A DNA stretch of 64,000 bases. Origin: Mantamonas sphyraenae STR306. Its lineage: Eukaryota; Protista; CRuMs. The number at the start of each line of letters is the position of its first letter. Position 1 is the stretch's first letter. The stretch lies in contig JAPMXV010000038.1 of NCBI GenBank assembly GCA_026936335.1, forward strand, positions 124,001 through 188,000. Reading direction: 5' to 3'. Below the pieces are notes generated by a model. That model did not search any database. It saw only the letters and a list, made by a program, of their open reading frames with translations, and was not told the origin of the DNA. The position numbers were made by a program, and so were the translations under genes. Below, piece by piece: positions 36,846-48,677 of this stretch.

Positions 36846-38128
36846 ATGAGCCGAAGCCTTCGCTCAAGCGACGAGCAGGTGCAATGGACGAACGACGATG
36901 CACAAGCGTGTAAATTGTAAGTGGGGGGAGGACAGGACAGGATAAGAGCAACAAACACGGTTGTTATTTCTTACACTCACGTGTCATTGCCTGTTGCGCT
37001 CACCCGCAGATCTGCGGCGCGGCTGGGATACTTCACAAACGACTACGTGGAGCACTTTGTGGACAAGCCTTCACGCAAACCGCCTCTGATCAACCGTGGC
37101 TACTACTCACGGGTGACAGCCATCCACGCACGTGTGGACGAATGGTTACAGGCTCACGCGGAAGAGAGCACACAGCTCGTCGTCCTCGGGGCAGGGTTTG
37201 ACACGCTCTTCTTTGAGCTCAAGGCATGTTGAGTCCACAATTTGTGTTGGTGGTCCTCGTTCCCTGTCTCCCCTTCCCATCTCCCTCTCTCTCCTCCATC
37301 GACGCCTTCTCACACACCGTCACTGGCACACAGGCAAAGGGAAGCGGGGCAAGCGTGCACTTTGATCTGGACTTTCAGACAGTGGTGGACAAGAAGGTCA
37401 AGGTGATGAACAAGACAGAGGCGCTGCGCAGCATGATTGACCAAAGCGAAGAGGCAGACGGGGACAAGCAAGCGGAAACGTCGTCGGAGTCGTCGGAGCA
37501 AGCGTTGTTGGATTCGCCAACCTACAAAGTGCTTGGTGTGGACCTGCGCGACTGTGAGGCAATGGGTGCCACGTTGACCGAGCATGGCTTTGACCCAAAG
37601 GCAGCCACTCTCGTTCTCTCCGAGTGTGTGCTCGTGTATATGGAGCCCGAGGACGGCGACAACGTCCTCAGGTGGTTTGCCGCCAACGTGCCATCCTGTG
37701 TCTTTATCACCTACGAACAGATCCTGCCCAACGACAGTTTTGGCCAAGTGATGGTCAACAGTCTTGCAGTGAGTGTCCCAGTGTGGCCATGTGCACGGGA
37801 AAGCGTGCTGGTCTGCGGATCGCTCACCTCCCACAACACCCCCCTTCCCCTCGCCTCCTCACAGAAACGTGGCTGTCCACTCCTCAGTGTGTCTGCGTAT
37901 CCCACGCTGAAGGACCAAGAGAAACGATACGTGGAGTGTGGCTTTGCCCGTGCCCAGGCCCGGGACATGCTGGACGAGTTCAACGCCCGCCTGACCATGG
38001 AGGAAAACCGGAGACTCGCACGCGTGGAAATGCTGGACGAAATTGAGGAGTGGCAATTGATCCAGAAGCACTACTGCATTGTGCAAGCGAGCACACAGGA
38101 GGAGGAGGAGGAGGACGCCGATGAATGA
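36846..38128 (+). CDS. LCMT1: Leucine carboxyl methyltransferase 1 (PP2A methyltransferase); introns 36917-37009, 37224-37333 (GC-AG), 37769-37864
   Basis: VQWTNDDAQACKLSAARLGY, PLINRGYYSR, LGAGFDT, SECVLVYM, YEQILPNDSFGQVM, LDEIEEW. Confidence 0.92.
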
Positions 38129-38137
38129 TGATTCACG

Positions 38138-38923
38138 TCACCGCAGTTTTGCCTTGTTCACTCGCTGGTGCAGCTTCTTGCTGGTGCGTTTGTCTGCCTG
38201 CGCAGCCTGGCTGGTGAGTGCCGCCTCACGGTCCAACAGACGCTGGCGCTCCTCTAGGCGTCGTGCCTCCTTGCGACGATCCTTCTTGGCTTTGTTCTTG
38301 CCGCTGCGTTTGCCCGTCTTGCTGTGTGCCACATCCTGCGGCTGCTCACGTGCCACCAGTGTGTTGCTCAGATGCTCTTTGATGGCTGCAAACGGGTTTG
38401 CTTGGAACGCCGGATGCGACTGCACCAGCTTCACCTGCTCACGCTCCGCTTGCTCTGCCTTGCGTCGCCGCGCACGCGACATTGGCTTCTTCCGAGCCTG
38501 TCGCGACGCCTTCAACGATTGCTGTTCCTTCCATTGTTGCAACATTTGCGTGCGTGACGTGCCCATCCCGGACATGTCCACCTCCAGCGTGCCCGCATTT
38601 GCTTCGCCGTCCGGCATGAGACGCAACGCGTCCTCCCACTCCGCCTTCATTGACCCCAGCGCCCCACCCTTGTTTGTGTTGACCAGCACGCCAATGTCGC
38701 CCGACATGCTTGCCACGTAGTTGCTCCATCGCTCGTGCTTCTGCCTCCTTTTCGCCTTTTTGCTCAGGTGCTCCTCCCCACCAGACCCAGCCCCCCCACT
38801 CTTGTCCCGGTGTGACCCGGGCATGGGAGCGTCTGCATCATCGTCCCAGCCCACTGCTTTGTCCCCCTGTGACGACCGAGACTGCACCGCAATCCGTTTC
38901 CGTGCCGATCTGTATTTGCCCAT
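38138..38923 (-). CDS. SLX9: Ribosome biogenesis protein SLX9/FAM207A-like
   Basis: LSKKAKRRQKHERW and EREQVKLVQSHPAFQANPFAAIKEHLSNTL; basic protein starting MGK. Confidence 0.8.
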   Translation of the reverse strand: MGKYRSARKRIAVQSRSSQGDKAVGWDDDADAPMPGSHRDKSGGAGSGGEEHLSKKAKRRQKHERWSNYVASMSGDIGVLVNTNKGGALGSMKAEWEDALRLMPDGEANAGTLEVDMSGMGTSRTQMLQQWKEQQSLKASRQARKKPMSRARRRKAEQAEREQVKLVQSHPAFQANPFAAIKEHLSNTLVAREQPQDVAHSKTGKRSGKNKAKKDRRKEARRLEERQRLLDREAALTSQAAQADKRTSKKLHQRVNKAKLR

Positions 38924-38998
38924 CGAAATCCTATGGAGCGAATCGCGCTGCGCTACGACACACACACACACAAACATCATCATCATCCACTCACCCAC

Positions 38999-41900
38999 TC
39001 ATCCGTTGTAGACCACAGACACCTTTTTGCCCTTGTTGTTGGTCTTTTTGCCCCTGCTGCTGCCTGTTCCTGCCGCCTTGCTCTTGGCTTTGGCCTTGCC
39101 GCCCTTCTTTGTCTTTGTCCTGCCCATCTTGATCCCCTTGTCCGCTTTGATGTCATCGTCGTCCTTGGAGGTGTCGCCGCTGTCGTCGTCGTTGCCAGCG
39201 TCTGCAGATGTGTCGTCGCCAATTGGCACGCCCATCTCGTCCAGGATGCGGTCGTCGCCGCCTCCGCCTCCAGATCGCGACTTTCCGCCGCTTCCAAAGC
39301 TCTTTTGGGTCACGCCGACCTTGTTTGCATGCGACGTGGAGTTGTACTTGCGCGTAAAGGCAGTCTTTACCTTTGAGTCGATGTCCTTGTCGTCGTGGTT
39401 GCGCACGGCGGGCAGATTCGACACCATCGACGGCGGGTAATGTGTCACATCCATAATAAAGTCCCAATCGTCTTTGGTGATGTAATACGAGTCCATCAAG
39501 GCGATGGTGGGGTCGATCTGATCCTGGCCGCCCAGGCGCAGCGGCACGCGCAGTTTGCGCTTGAGCCAAAACAAGTAGTCCGATGCCACACTCTGCTTGT
39601 CGCCGGAAATGATGGGTCGCATGTGTGTGTGCAGCTCCTGCAGCAGGCGGTACTGCTTGCGCTGGTTCGACCCCTTGCCGAGCACAGCGGGAAACTCGGG
39701 TCGTGAGCCGGTCTTGCCTGGACGATCCATGATGGCCGCAGGCGTCACAGCAGCCATGACACCGTAGGTTTGGAGCATGGAGTAGTCGCGTGTGCTCATG
39801 ATGTTTTCGTTGATGACGTCACCCATGGAGATGTGGTCGGCGGCCATGGCCAGTGCTTCGAGGTTGTCCAGGTTGTCGTTGCGTGCGGCGTAGCCCACGT
39901 AGTTTTGTGCCACCATCAGCGGCATGAGGGAATAGTCCACAAAGAACCAGTCGAGTCGTTGGTTGAGGTCGGCGCCGTAGCCGTTGAAGAGCCGGGGTGC
40001 CACGTCGAACAAACCCAACTCCATGTTCTTGCTCGCCTTGTCCATGCTCACGCGCACATCGTCGTAACTCATGTTGGTGGTGGTGCTGCGCCACATTTGC
40101 AACACGTTGAGGATCTGTCGGATGTCTCCGTTGACACTCTCACACAGCTTGCGCATGCCACTCTCCTGGATGTCCAGGCCTTCACCCGCGGCAATCACCA
40201 TCATCCGCTTGGCAATGTTCTCCGCTGGCGTACGGCGAAACGACAGGTCCAGGCAATAGTGGCGCAGCGAGCGCACCTTGGTCGAACTGCGGTCGTTGCA
40301 CATGCAAATGATGGGAATCTGCGTGTTCTTGATGATCTGGATCAACTCGGCCATGCCGCCCCGATCGCCACTCGACATGCCATCCACCTCGTCCATGATG
40401 AGGCACACGGGCCTGCGCTTGCTCTTGGGCTGCTGGAAGCTCTTGAACATGGAGCTGATCGACGTGTTGCCCGTCATGTCGGCCACCACCTCCTTCAGTG
40501 CCTTTTTGCTGCGTGTGTCACTTGCGTTGTACTCCACAATGTCGTAGCCACACTCGCGTGCCACCATGTGTGCCATTGTCGTTTTGCCAATGCCTGGCAC
40601 GCCACTCAGAAGCGCTGCGTTGGGTGCCGCATCTTTTGCAGCCGCCTTGCCCTTGCCCTTGCCCTTGCTGCTCGCCGGCTTCCAGTTGTCCAACCAACGC
40701 AACAGTGTCTGGTAGTGTCCCTTGTTTCCAATCAGCTGGTCCGGTGACTTGGGTGCGTACTTGTCTGCCCACAGCTCTGTGCCCGCTGCCTTGACCCCTT
40801 GCAGTTCCGACTTTTTCGGCGCCACAAACGTACTTGGAGCATCTGCAGATGAGGAGGACGACGACGACGAAGAAGAAGAAGAGGAGGAGGATGCCGTGGT
40901 GGAGGTGGTGGTGGTGGACTTGGGCGGAGTTGCATCCTTGGGCCGGGTGGCGTTGATAAGTGCAAACACGCCGTCTTCATCCAGCTGTGTCGTGCCGTGC
41001 TTTTCCGCCTTTTTCAGCTTCGATTCGCCTGCATCTGTGCCACGCACCAGATATGATGTCTTGCTAGACACAGCCGTGCGCACCACGCCTCCGTACCGCT
41101 TCACCAAATCCTCCATCTCTTCGCGTTCGAGCGACTCCAGCACGCCCGTGATCACAAACGACTTGCCCTCCAGGCAGTTCGGTGCACCCACAGGCAGCGG
41201 CTTCTGGCCCTTCAACGGCGGTCCCGCTCGTTGTTTAAATGCAGCGCTGCATGCAGTGGGTGGGCGAAGCGTGTCAGCAGCGGTTTTGGTGGGGAAAAGG
41301 AGGGTTCCCGAGAAAAAGGGTGGCGGGAGGCTGATCACACACTCACAAGCGAGCTCGGGCCGCGGCCTTCTTTGCCTTGTCGTCGTCTCCAGACGCCGCT
41401 GCAGCAGACGACGTGCTGCTGCTCGCCTTGCCTTTCTTGCTTGGACTCTTCTTCTCGGTGTTCATGGCGGCAAACTCGCCCGCAGTCGTGTCTTGCTGCT
41501 GTGAATTGGCGGCCACGATCTTGACGGGAGCGACGCGCTGCTTCTTCAATTCCCCCTGCGCCACGGACGAGTCAAAGTCGTCGCTGTCTGCAATGTCATC
41601 CGCAGCCGACGGGTCATAATCTGCGTCCACGTCGTCCACAACCTGTCGCTCGCGCTTCTTGCTTGTCTGTGGCGACCAGAACGACCGGAGGGTTGTGTGT
41701 GATCCATCTCATGTCAGCCCACACTCACCCGTACGTTGTCTGTGTGCGTGTGCAACACTGGGGCAACGATCCTTTGGATAGATGCGCCATTTGTGTCGCC
41801 AACCATGGAAGCGTGTACGTCACTCACCTTGCCCTGGATGGCCTTTGCCGGCGACTTGCTCTTGGGTTTCTGGCTGTTGCCGCCTCCTTTGCCAAAGTAC

Positions 41901-42014
41901 GAAAAGAGATCCTTGGCCTGCGTGGGTTTGTGTTTGTATGTGGAGCAACGTGGTGGGTGGGTGAGCACCGTGGGTGGAAGAGGAATCGGGGCAGCAGATG
42001 CGTGTACGGACCAT
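38999..42014 (-). CDS. RFC1: Replication factor C large subunit; introns 41918-42011, 41667-41827, 41247-41346
   Basis: MAKDLFSYFG N-terminus, BRCT (NCLEGKSFVITGVLESLERE), LWADKYAP, GVPGIGKTT Walker A, MDEVDGMSSGDRGG, IDSKVKTAFTRKYN. Confidence 0.96.
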
Positions 42015-42099
42015 TGTGTGCGTGTGGGTTTGGGTCCCGTACTGGGTCCCGAGGCGCGCCGACAAAGGCAACTGAAAATCTCCTCAAGCTGGGCCAAGA

Positions 42100-44848
42100 A
42101 TGAGCTCCGAGTACAAAACATCGCCGTTCTGGAACCTGGAAGTGGACAACACACACACGCGTGCGTTGCTGGAGGAGGCCAAAGAGGAGTATGTGCGACT
42201 GGAGCAAGACAAGCAGTCGGTGCGGGAGGAAACGGAGCATCTGAGCGAGCTGCTGGATTCGGATTACGTCCTGTTTGTGCAACGACCCACCATGAGTCTT
42301 TACCTGCACAGCACGGACAAGTCAGACTCGGACGACGCCAGTGTGGGAGGGCATGAGCGATACAAGGGCGACGTCGCACTGCTTGTGTTTCACACACCGC
42401 AACGATCCGTCAACCTGCTCGACTACAGCTTCCTCGTGGATGCACCGCTCATGCTGGATCGCATCAATCGTCTGGTCGACAGTCAGGAACTCGCCGCCCT
42501 CGTGTATCTCAGTGCAAAGCCAGGGTACTTTATCACCGGCGCTGACATTGCCCTCGAGTACCAGCTGGACACCAAACAAGGTGAGTGGACATGTGTTGCT
42601 CCAGCCACAAGGCATGGTGGATGGACAAACATACTGGGTGTGGTCGTCCACGCTTCTGCCTATGCATTCATGCAGGTGTAGGCACGCTTGAATTCCCTGT
42701 GTGACGTCACTGGCCCCTTTGCATCTGCCATGTATGCTGACACACACTCGTCTGCCCAATTTTTGGACGTACCCACGCATGCACATACCCAACCCATACG
42801 CAGACCTGTCCATGCTGCTGGAGAACCTGCATGGCATGTCACAGGCGTTTGTGGAGCTGGGCAAACGAATCCCCGTGGTGGCGGCCATCAACGGCCATGC
42901 GCTGGGAGGTGGCATGGAGGTGGCTGTGTATGCAAGCCACCGTGTGGTGTGGTCCAACCCGCCCGGGTCGCTTGTGTTGGGATTCCCCGAAGTGAAATTG
43001 GGCGTGTTTGCAGCTCTGGGCGGCGTTTCCCTCGTCTCCAAGCTGGTGGGCGTGCAGGAGGCACTCAAGATGATGATGACGGGTGGCAACCTGAAGCCTG
43101 CCAAGGCCAAGCGCATTGGATTGGTGGATGAGCTGCTGGAGGCGGACAACGAGGTGGCGTTTGTGCGTGCGGCCGTGTCGTATGCCTCGGCACGCCTGAA
43201 CGAGGGCCGCCACACGTGGGGCGGCTTGCGGCGCAAGCGATCCCGTCTGGACGAGTTTCTGGAAGACACAGAGGTGGGCAGGAAGATTCTCTTTCATGCC
43301 AGTTGGCGTCAGCTGGAAACGAGCGTGCGACGGCTGTACCCGGCCCCGTACATGATCCTCACCTCTGTGCTCAACACCTACCCCATGGATTTGGCCGAAG
43401 GGTTCAAGACGGAGACGGAAGACGCGGTGTTTCTGTTTACATCGCCGCATTGCAAGTCGCTGATGTCGCTGTTTCTGAACCCGGACGAGTTGAAAAAGAG
43501 TGCCACGCGAGCACTCACGAACCAGGGCAAAGGAAAGGCAAAGGGAAAGGGAAAGGAGAAGGGAAGTGGCGCAGACGAGATTCGCAAGGTGATGGTCGTT
43601 GGCACACATGGCCAGACCGCAGGTGGTCTTGCGCAGCTGCTGGCGTTTAAGGACGTCGAGGTGCATGTACAAGAGGCCAACTTGGAGACACGCAAGCGTA
43701 CGGTACAGCAAGTGGAGGATCTTTTTGCGTATGTTGTGAAGAAGAAGCTGCTGAGCGACAAAGAGCGCAAGGAGAAACTGAACAACTTTGTGGTCAGCAC
43801 GACCGACGAAGCGGTGAGCGACATGGACCTGATTGTGTTCAACGTGCCTCCCGAGCAAGGTTCGTTCCGCGACAACTTTATCAACTCGATGGTGCTGTCG
43901 TACGAGCGGATGGCACGCAGCGGCGCGCTGATTGCCATCAACGACCCACGCGGCACGCTGGAGGACATTGCGGCGCAGTGCGAACGACCAGGTCGAGTGA
44001 TGGGTTTGCAGCTGTTCCATCCCGTGCACAAGGTGACATACGTGGAAATGGCACAAACCAAGGGCTCCAACGAAGCCGACTGTGCCCGATTGGCGCAGTT
44101 TGCCATCAGCAAGCTGGGCAAGGTGCCTGTGGTGACGCAACCGGGCACGGGTGTGCTGTACCATCGCGTGTTCCTGCTCTTTGAGGTGGAAATGCGCCGT
44201 GTGATGGCACAGGACCCAGCGTGGACAATGGCAGCGTTGACGCAGGTGTGGCGCAAATTTGGCATGGACAAGCGCATGGAGGAGGTGTTTGTGCTGGAAA
44301 AGGACCTGGAGGCCATTGGTGCTCTGGAGGTGCTTCACGACGCCCAGGAGGGAGGACAGATGTACAACTGGCGCCAGGAAGTCGTGAGCCGAAGAGTGCC
44401 ACGAGGCGAGGTGATCGACCGTGCCATGTGTCTGATGATCAACGAGGCCACGCGTGCATTGGACGAGGGTGTTGTGGACGACGCTGCGGCCGTAGACATG
44501 GAGAGTGTGTTTGTGCTGGGCCTGCCTCCATTCACTGCCGGATTGCTGCACTACGCCGACAACCAGGGTTTGGACCGCGTGGTGGCTCGTCTCCACGAAC
44601 TGCGTGAGATCACAGGCCAGGAGTACTTTGCTCCGTGTGAGGCGCTGGTCGACATGAGCGAGTCGGGTGCTCGCTTCTTTGCCGATCATCCGTACATCCC
44701 GCAAGAAACCGTCATCGACGTGTGGAAACACATCGACATGCGCAGCAAGCCTTACCATATCACCAATGGCGATGTGTTTGTCCTCGTGGTCCTTCTCGTG
44801 GTGCTTCTGATCCTGGGATGGGTTGTGGTGAGGCTGATCATGGGGTAG
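42100..44848 (+). CDS. HADHA/FadJ-like enoyl-CoA hydratase plus degenerate 3-hydroxyacyl-CoA dehydrogenase with C-terminal transmembrane anchor; intron 42581-42803
   Basis: SAKPGYFITGADI, VVAAINGHALGGGME, GFPEVKLG, GLVDEL, YPAPY; HAD-like C-terminal half (MINEATRALDEGVV, LGLPPFTAGLLHYAD); hydrophobic C-terminal tail. Confidence 0.85.
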
Positions 44849-44946
44849 ATCCTGATGCGCGTCCCCACACAATCCAACCCCCCCCCCCTTCCCACAACAC
44901 ACACACATACACACAAACACATAAACCCTCAACACACAACATCATC

Positions 44947-47900
44947 ATGAGCGTTGACGTGGCAGCCATTGTGGATCCGGTGGTGGATTCGATCGCAGCG
45001 TTGGTGGATATGAGTGGCGACGGCGTAACGTCGCAAGAACAAGCAAACAAGCTGGCGCAGTGTTCGGGCGTGGTGGTTGCGGCGTGCAACCAGCTTCTGA
45101 ACATTGCCCACATGCTGGCCGACTCTTTCTCGGAGGAGATGTTCAAGCTGGAGATGGAGACAGCCATCACAGGCATGGAGAACCAGGTGGCGTTGGTACA
45201 GACGCGCACCGACCAGTTTATGGCTGACATCACCGATGTGCAAGGCCGCAACAACTTTCTCATGGCCGCCGGTGGTCTGGGCCAGAAGATCCAGCAGCTG
45301 ATTCAAGCTGCCGACCCCTGCAGCAAAGAGCGCGTAAGTGGCCAGGCGACAAATGTGTGGGCGTGTGGGAGCCCACTTGGACGGAGCGGTGTTGTGTGGA
45401 GATGTGAGGGTTGCACGGAGGGGACTGTGTATGGGAAGCAGAGCGATGAGGAGCGCGTTGAAGCGAAAAGGAGAAAAGCAAGGGGAGGGGGATGTCTTGC
45501 GGAGGGCCCTTTTCTGGACGCTCACCCACACACACTCACACACACACACACAGGTGCTGGCAGCTTGTCAGCGTGCAGCGACGTCTGCTAGCGAACTGAT
45601 GAAGGCTGCTCAGAAGGGCGAGGAGGAGCAGGTTGTGGGCACAGCAAAGGTGAGCCAAAAGCGGGAGTCACTTTTTTGTGCAACGTCTCGGCGCTGACAC
45701 CGTTCCACGCGCAGCGCCACGCAAACGACTCGGTGCACCTTGTGCGCATGGCCAACACACTGGCAGCCTCATGCCCGGAGCCACAGAAGCAGCTGCGGTT
45801 TGTGGATGTGGGCAGCAAGGCGCAGGAGAGCGGACGAGCGTTGATTGTTGCGGCCCAACAGATGTTGGGCGGCGGACACACGGACGCAGAGAAGGGCAAG
45901 CTGTTGCAACTGGCGTACGCGACGTATGGCCAGGTTGTGCACGACTTGCTTGTGCTTGCGGATGCGGTGCCTGCAAAACAGCTGACGCTGGAGGAGGAAG
46001 TGGCAGCGGCTGCGGCGATGCTGGAGGGGAGCATGCACGATCTGATCAAGGCAGCACGTGGCCAGGACGAAGATGCACTGATTGCGGCGGCAAAGAACTC
46101 GGCCAAGTTGATGGTGCAACTGATCGAGGCAACGAAGGAACTGGCGTCCAAGAGCGACAATCCGCTGCAACGCAAGCGGCTGCGTCGACAGATCCGTCAG
46201 ATTCGAGACAATGTGGGTGCCATGGTGGCCAGTGCAAACGCCATGTTCAAGGAGGGTGTGGATGCACAAGGGAGCAAGCTGGCGTCGGATGTGTCTGCTC
46301 TGCGTTCTGTGATGGCCTCGCTGACGGACAATGTGAACAACCCCGGTGGGTTCGACGTGGCAGACGTGGACACTTCGCAGGAGGCGTACGCACGTGGCAA
46401 CGCAGAGCTGGACGAGGCGTTGGCAAGTCTGCTGGAAGCGATCAAGGCAGGAGACGAGGCCGCCGTGGTGCGCAAGCGTGCCACCGATGTGGCGCAGCAG
46501 TCGTTGCTGCTGAAGAGCACCCTGGAGAAGCTTGCAGCAGAGTGTGAGGACGAGGAAATGCGCGCCAAGCTGCTTGCGGCGGCGGAGCGAGTGGCAGCAC
46601 AGACGCAGGCGAGCATTGTGGCAAGCATGCGTGCGCAGGAGGATCCGCAAGCTGTGAGCCAAGCCGTGGCAGAGATGCAGGCACTGCGCAAGGAGTTGGA
46701 CGATGCACACGTGTTGGTGGCAGAGGCGCAGGGGATGCGACGCGAGCGAGGCGTGTTGGGCAATGTGCTGAAGGCACAGGTGGACGAGGCACAGAGCAAC
46801 CTGGCCAACGCGGTGGCAGAGTTGATTCGCACGGCACAACGCGACGGAAGCACGGCAGACGAGGTGGCGGCACGCGCACGTGCGGTGGCCGAACACAGCC
46901 TTGCACTGAAGCGTGTGCTGGAGGAGGCGGCGGCGCGTGTGGACGACGAACAGTTGCGTGCCAAGTTGCAGGACCAAGCCAACGCGTTGGGTGAGGCCAC
47001 ACGCAACACGATTGCGTCGGCCATGACGCTGCACGAGAAAAAGGCAAACGGAGGCAGCGAGGAAGAGGTGGCAGAGGCGGCAAACGCCCTCGCCGCACAC
47101 ACTCGTTCGCTGCAGGTACAACTGGCACAGGCCAGGAGTGTGATGGATGAGGCAGTGGAACCTTTGAATGCGGTGTCGGGCAAGTCGTCGTCGTCGTCGA
47201 CGTCGTCGAACGACGCAGGAGGCGATGGCACGGTGACGGTGGCAGGCAAGCAGTACGAAATCAAGACGTATGCGGTGGACGACGACGACGACGAACTGTT
47301 GCGTGCGGCATGCGAGGCGGCAAACAACGCAGGGACGCTGGTGCAGCTTGCGGTGCAGAGCTTGGACGGATTGGAGGAAGGAGAGGTGCGCGATGCCATC
47401 GAACAAGGAGTGCCTGCACTGCTTCAGGCAGCCCAGGAGCTTGTGGATGCCGCACGTGCGGTGGGTGAACATCCCAACGACCCCAAGGTGATTGCAGCCC
47501 ACCAGCAGGCTCAGGCGGCGTTTAGCGCAGCTGCCAGCAACCTGGCCGAAGCCATGCGCAGGGCCAACACGTCCCAGGTGGAACAGGAGATTGCCGCGTC
47601 GGGCAACCGACTGGTGGATGCCACACAGGCACTGCGTGCGGTGCAGAGCCAGGGTGGCGAGGCTGTGTTGAGTGCGGCCCAGGCGGTGGTGGAGGAGGCA
47701 AGCACCATGGTGGGACTCAGCGAGCGTGCACAGGAGCTGGTGCAGGACGAAGCCCAGCTGGAGGCACTCAAGAGCAGCCAGCAGGGCTTGCAGGACGCCG
47801 TGACAGAGATGGTTGCCCAGAGCAAGCGCGTGGCAAGTGCCCCCGACGATGCACAAGCTCAGGCTGCCCTCACAGCAAGCATCGACGCTGTTGACGCAAT

Positions 47901-47998
47901 GGTGGGCAAGCTGGCACGAGCGTGTGCCGCAGAGAGCGACGACCAGGAAATCATGGCCGCCCTGGGTTCCATGGAAGATGGAGCTGGCAGCAGCAGCT

Positions 47999-48033
<35 letters not shown>

Positions 48034-48570
48034 GCCGGAGGACTCTTGCAGTTTGGTCAGGGTCTTTCCAAGCTGTATGCCGAGCGGGGTGCGATGAAGG
48101 CAGACATGGCCACGGAGATGGATGTGTTTACGGAATGTGGCTCGAGTCTGGAGGCAATCGACGCATTCCTGGCGGGTCTGGAGAGCATGGATGCCAAGAC
48201 GGTGGTGAAAGGGGCCCGAGACATTGCGGCACAAGCTCAGGCGGTGGCCAAGATGCTGAAGGAGGTGGCCAGCAACACGGGCGACGAAAAGGTCAAGGCG
48301 CAGATGGAAGATGCGGCACGGTACCTCAAGGACGGCGCCATGCAAATCAAGATTCTGTCGACGGTCAAGGCGGCCAGTGGCGACGACGACGGTGCCATTT
48401 CTGCAGCGGTGAAGAACCTGCAGGTGAGCATCCGTGAGGCGAACGAGGTGGTTCGTCGCGCCACCCTGCGCAAACGCATCACCAGCGCAGTCACGCAGGT
48501 CATGACCATCCGCCGTGCTGTCAATGCCTTTAAGCGCAAGTTGAAGGCCAAGAAGGGAGGAGGTGTGTGA
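44947..48570 (+). CDS. Vinculin/alpha-catenin family protein (~1110 aa); introns 45334-45553, 45650-45714
   Basis: N-terminus VAAIVDPVVDSIAALV; repeated Ala-rich helical bundles; tail ARDIAAQA...MQIKILSTVKA...AVKNLQVSI...ATLRKR matching the vinculin tail QLKILSTVKA. Confidence 0.85.
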
Positions 48571-48677
48571 GGGACAAGGTGAGCGAAGGGGCGACAATTC
48601 AAGCAAACGAACTTTTTCGCTTCCGCTTCCCGGTGGGCATCCATCACACACAAACACACACACTCGGCTGCAAAGAA

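Noticed and set aside
896-48663. Long antisense ORFs (e.g. 896-2950, 6644-8467, 42839-44935, 45769-48663) as overlapping genes
   Set aside because: They mirror real GC3-rich CDSs on the opposite strand and have no recognisable motifs; expected shadow ORFs.
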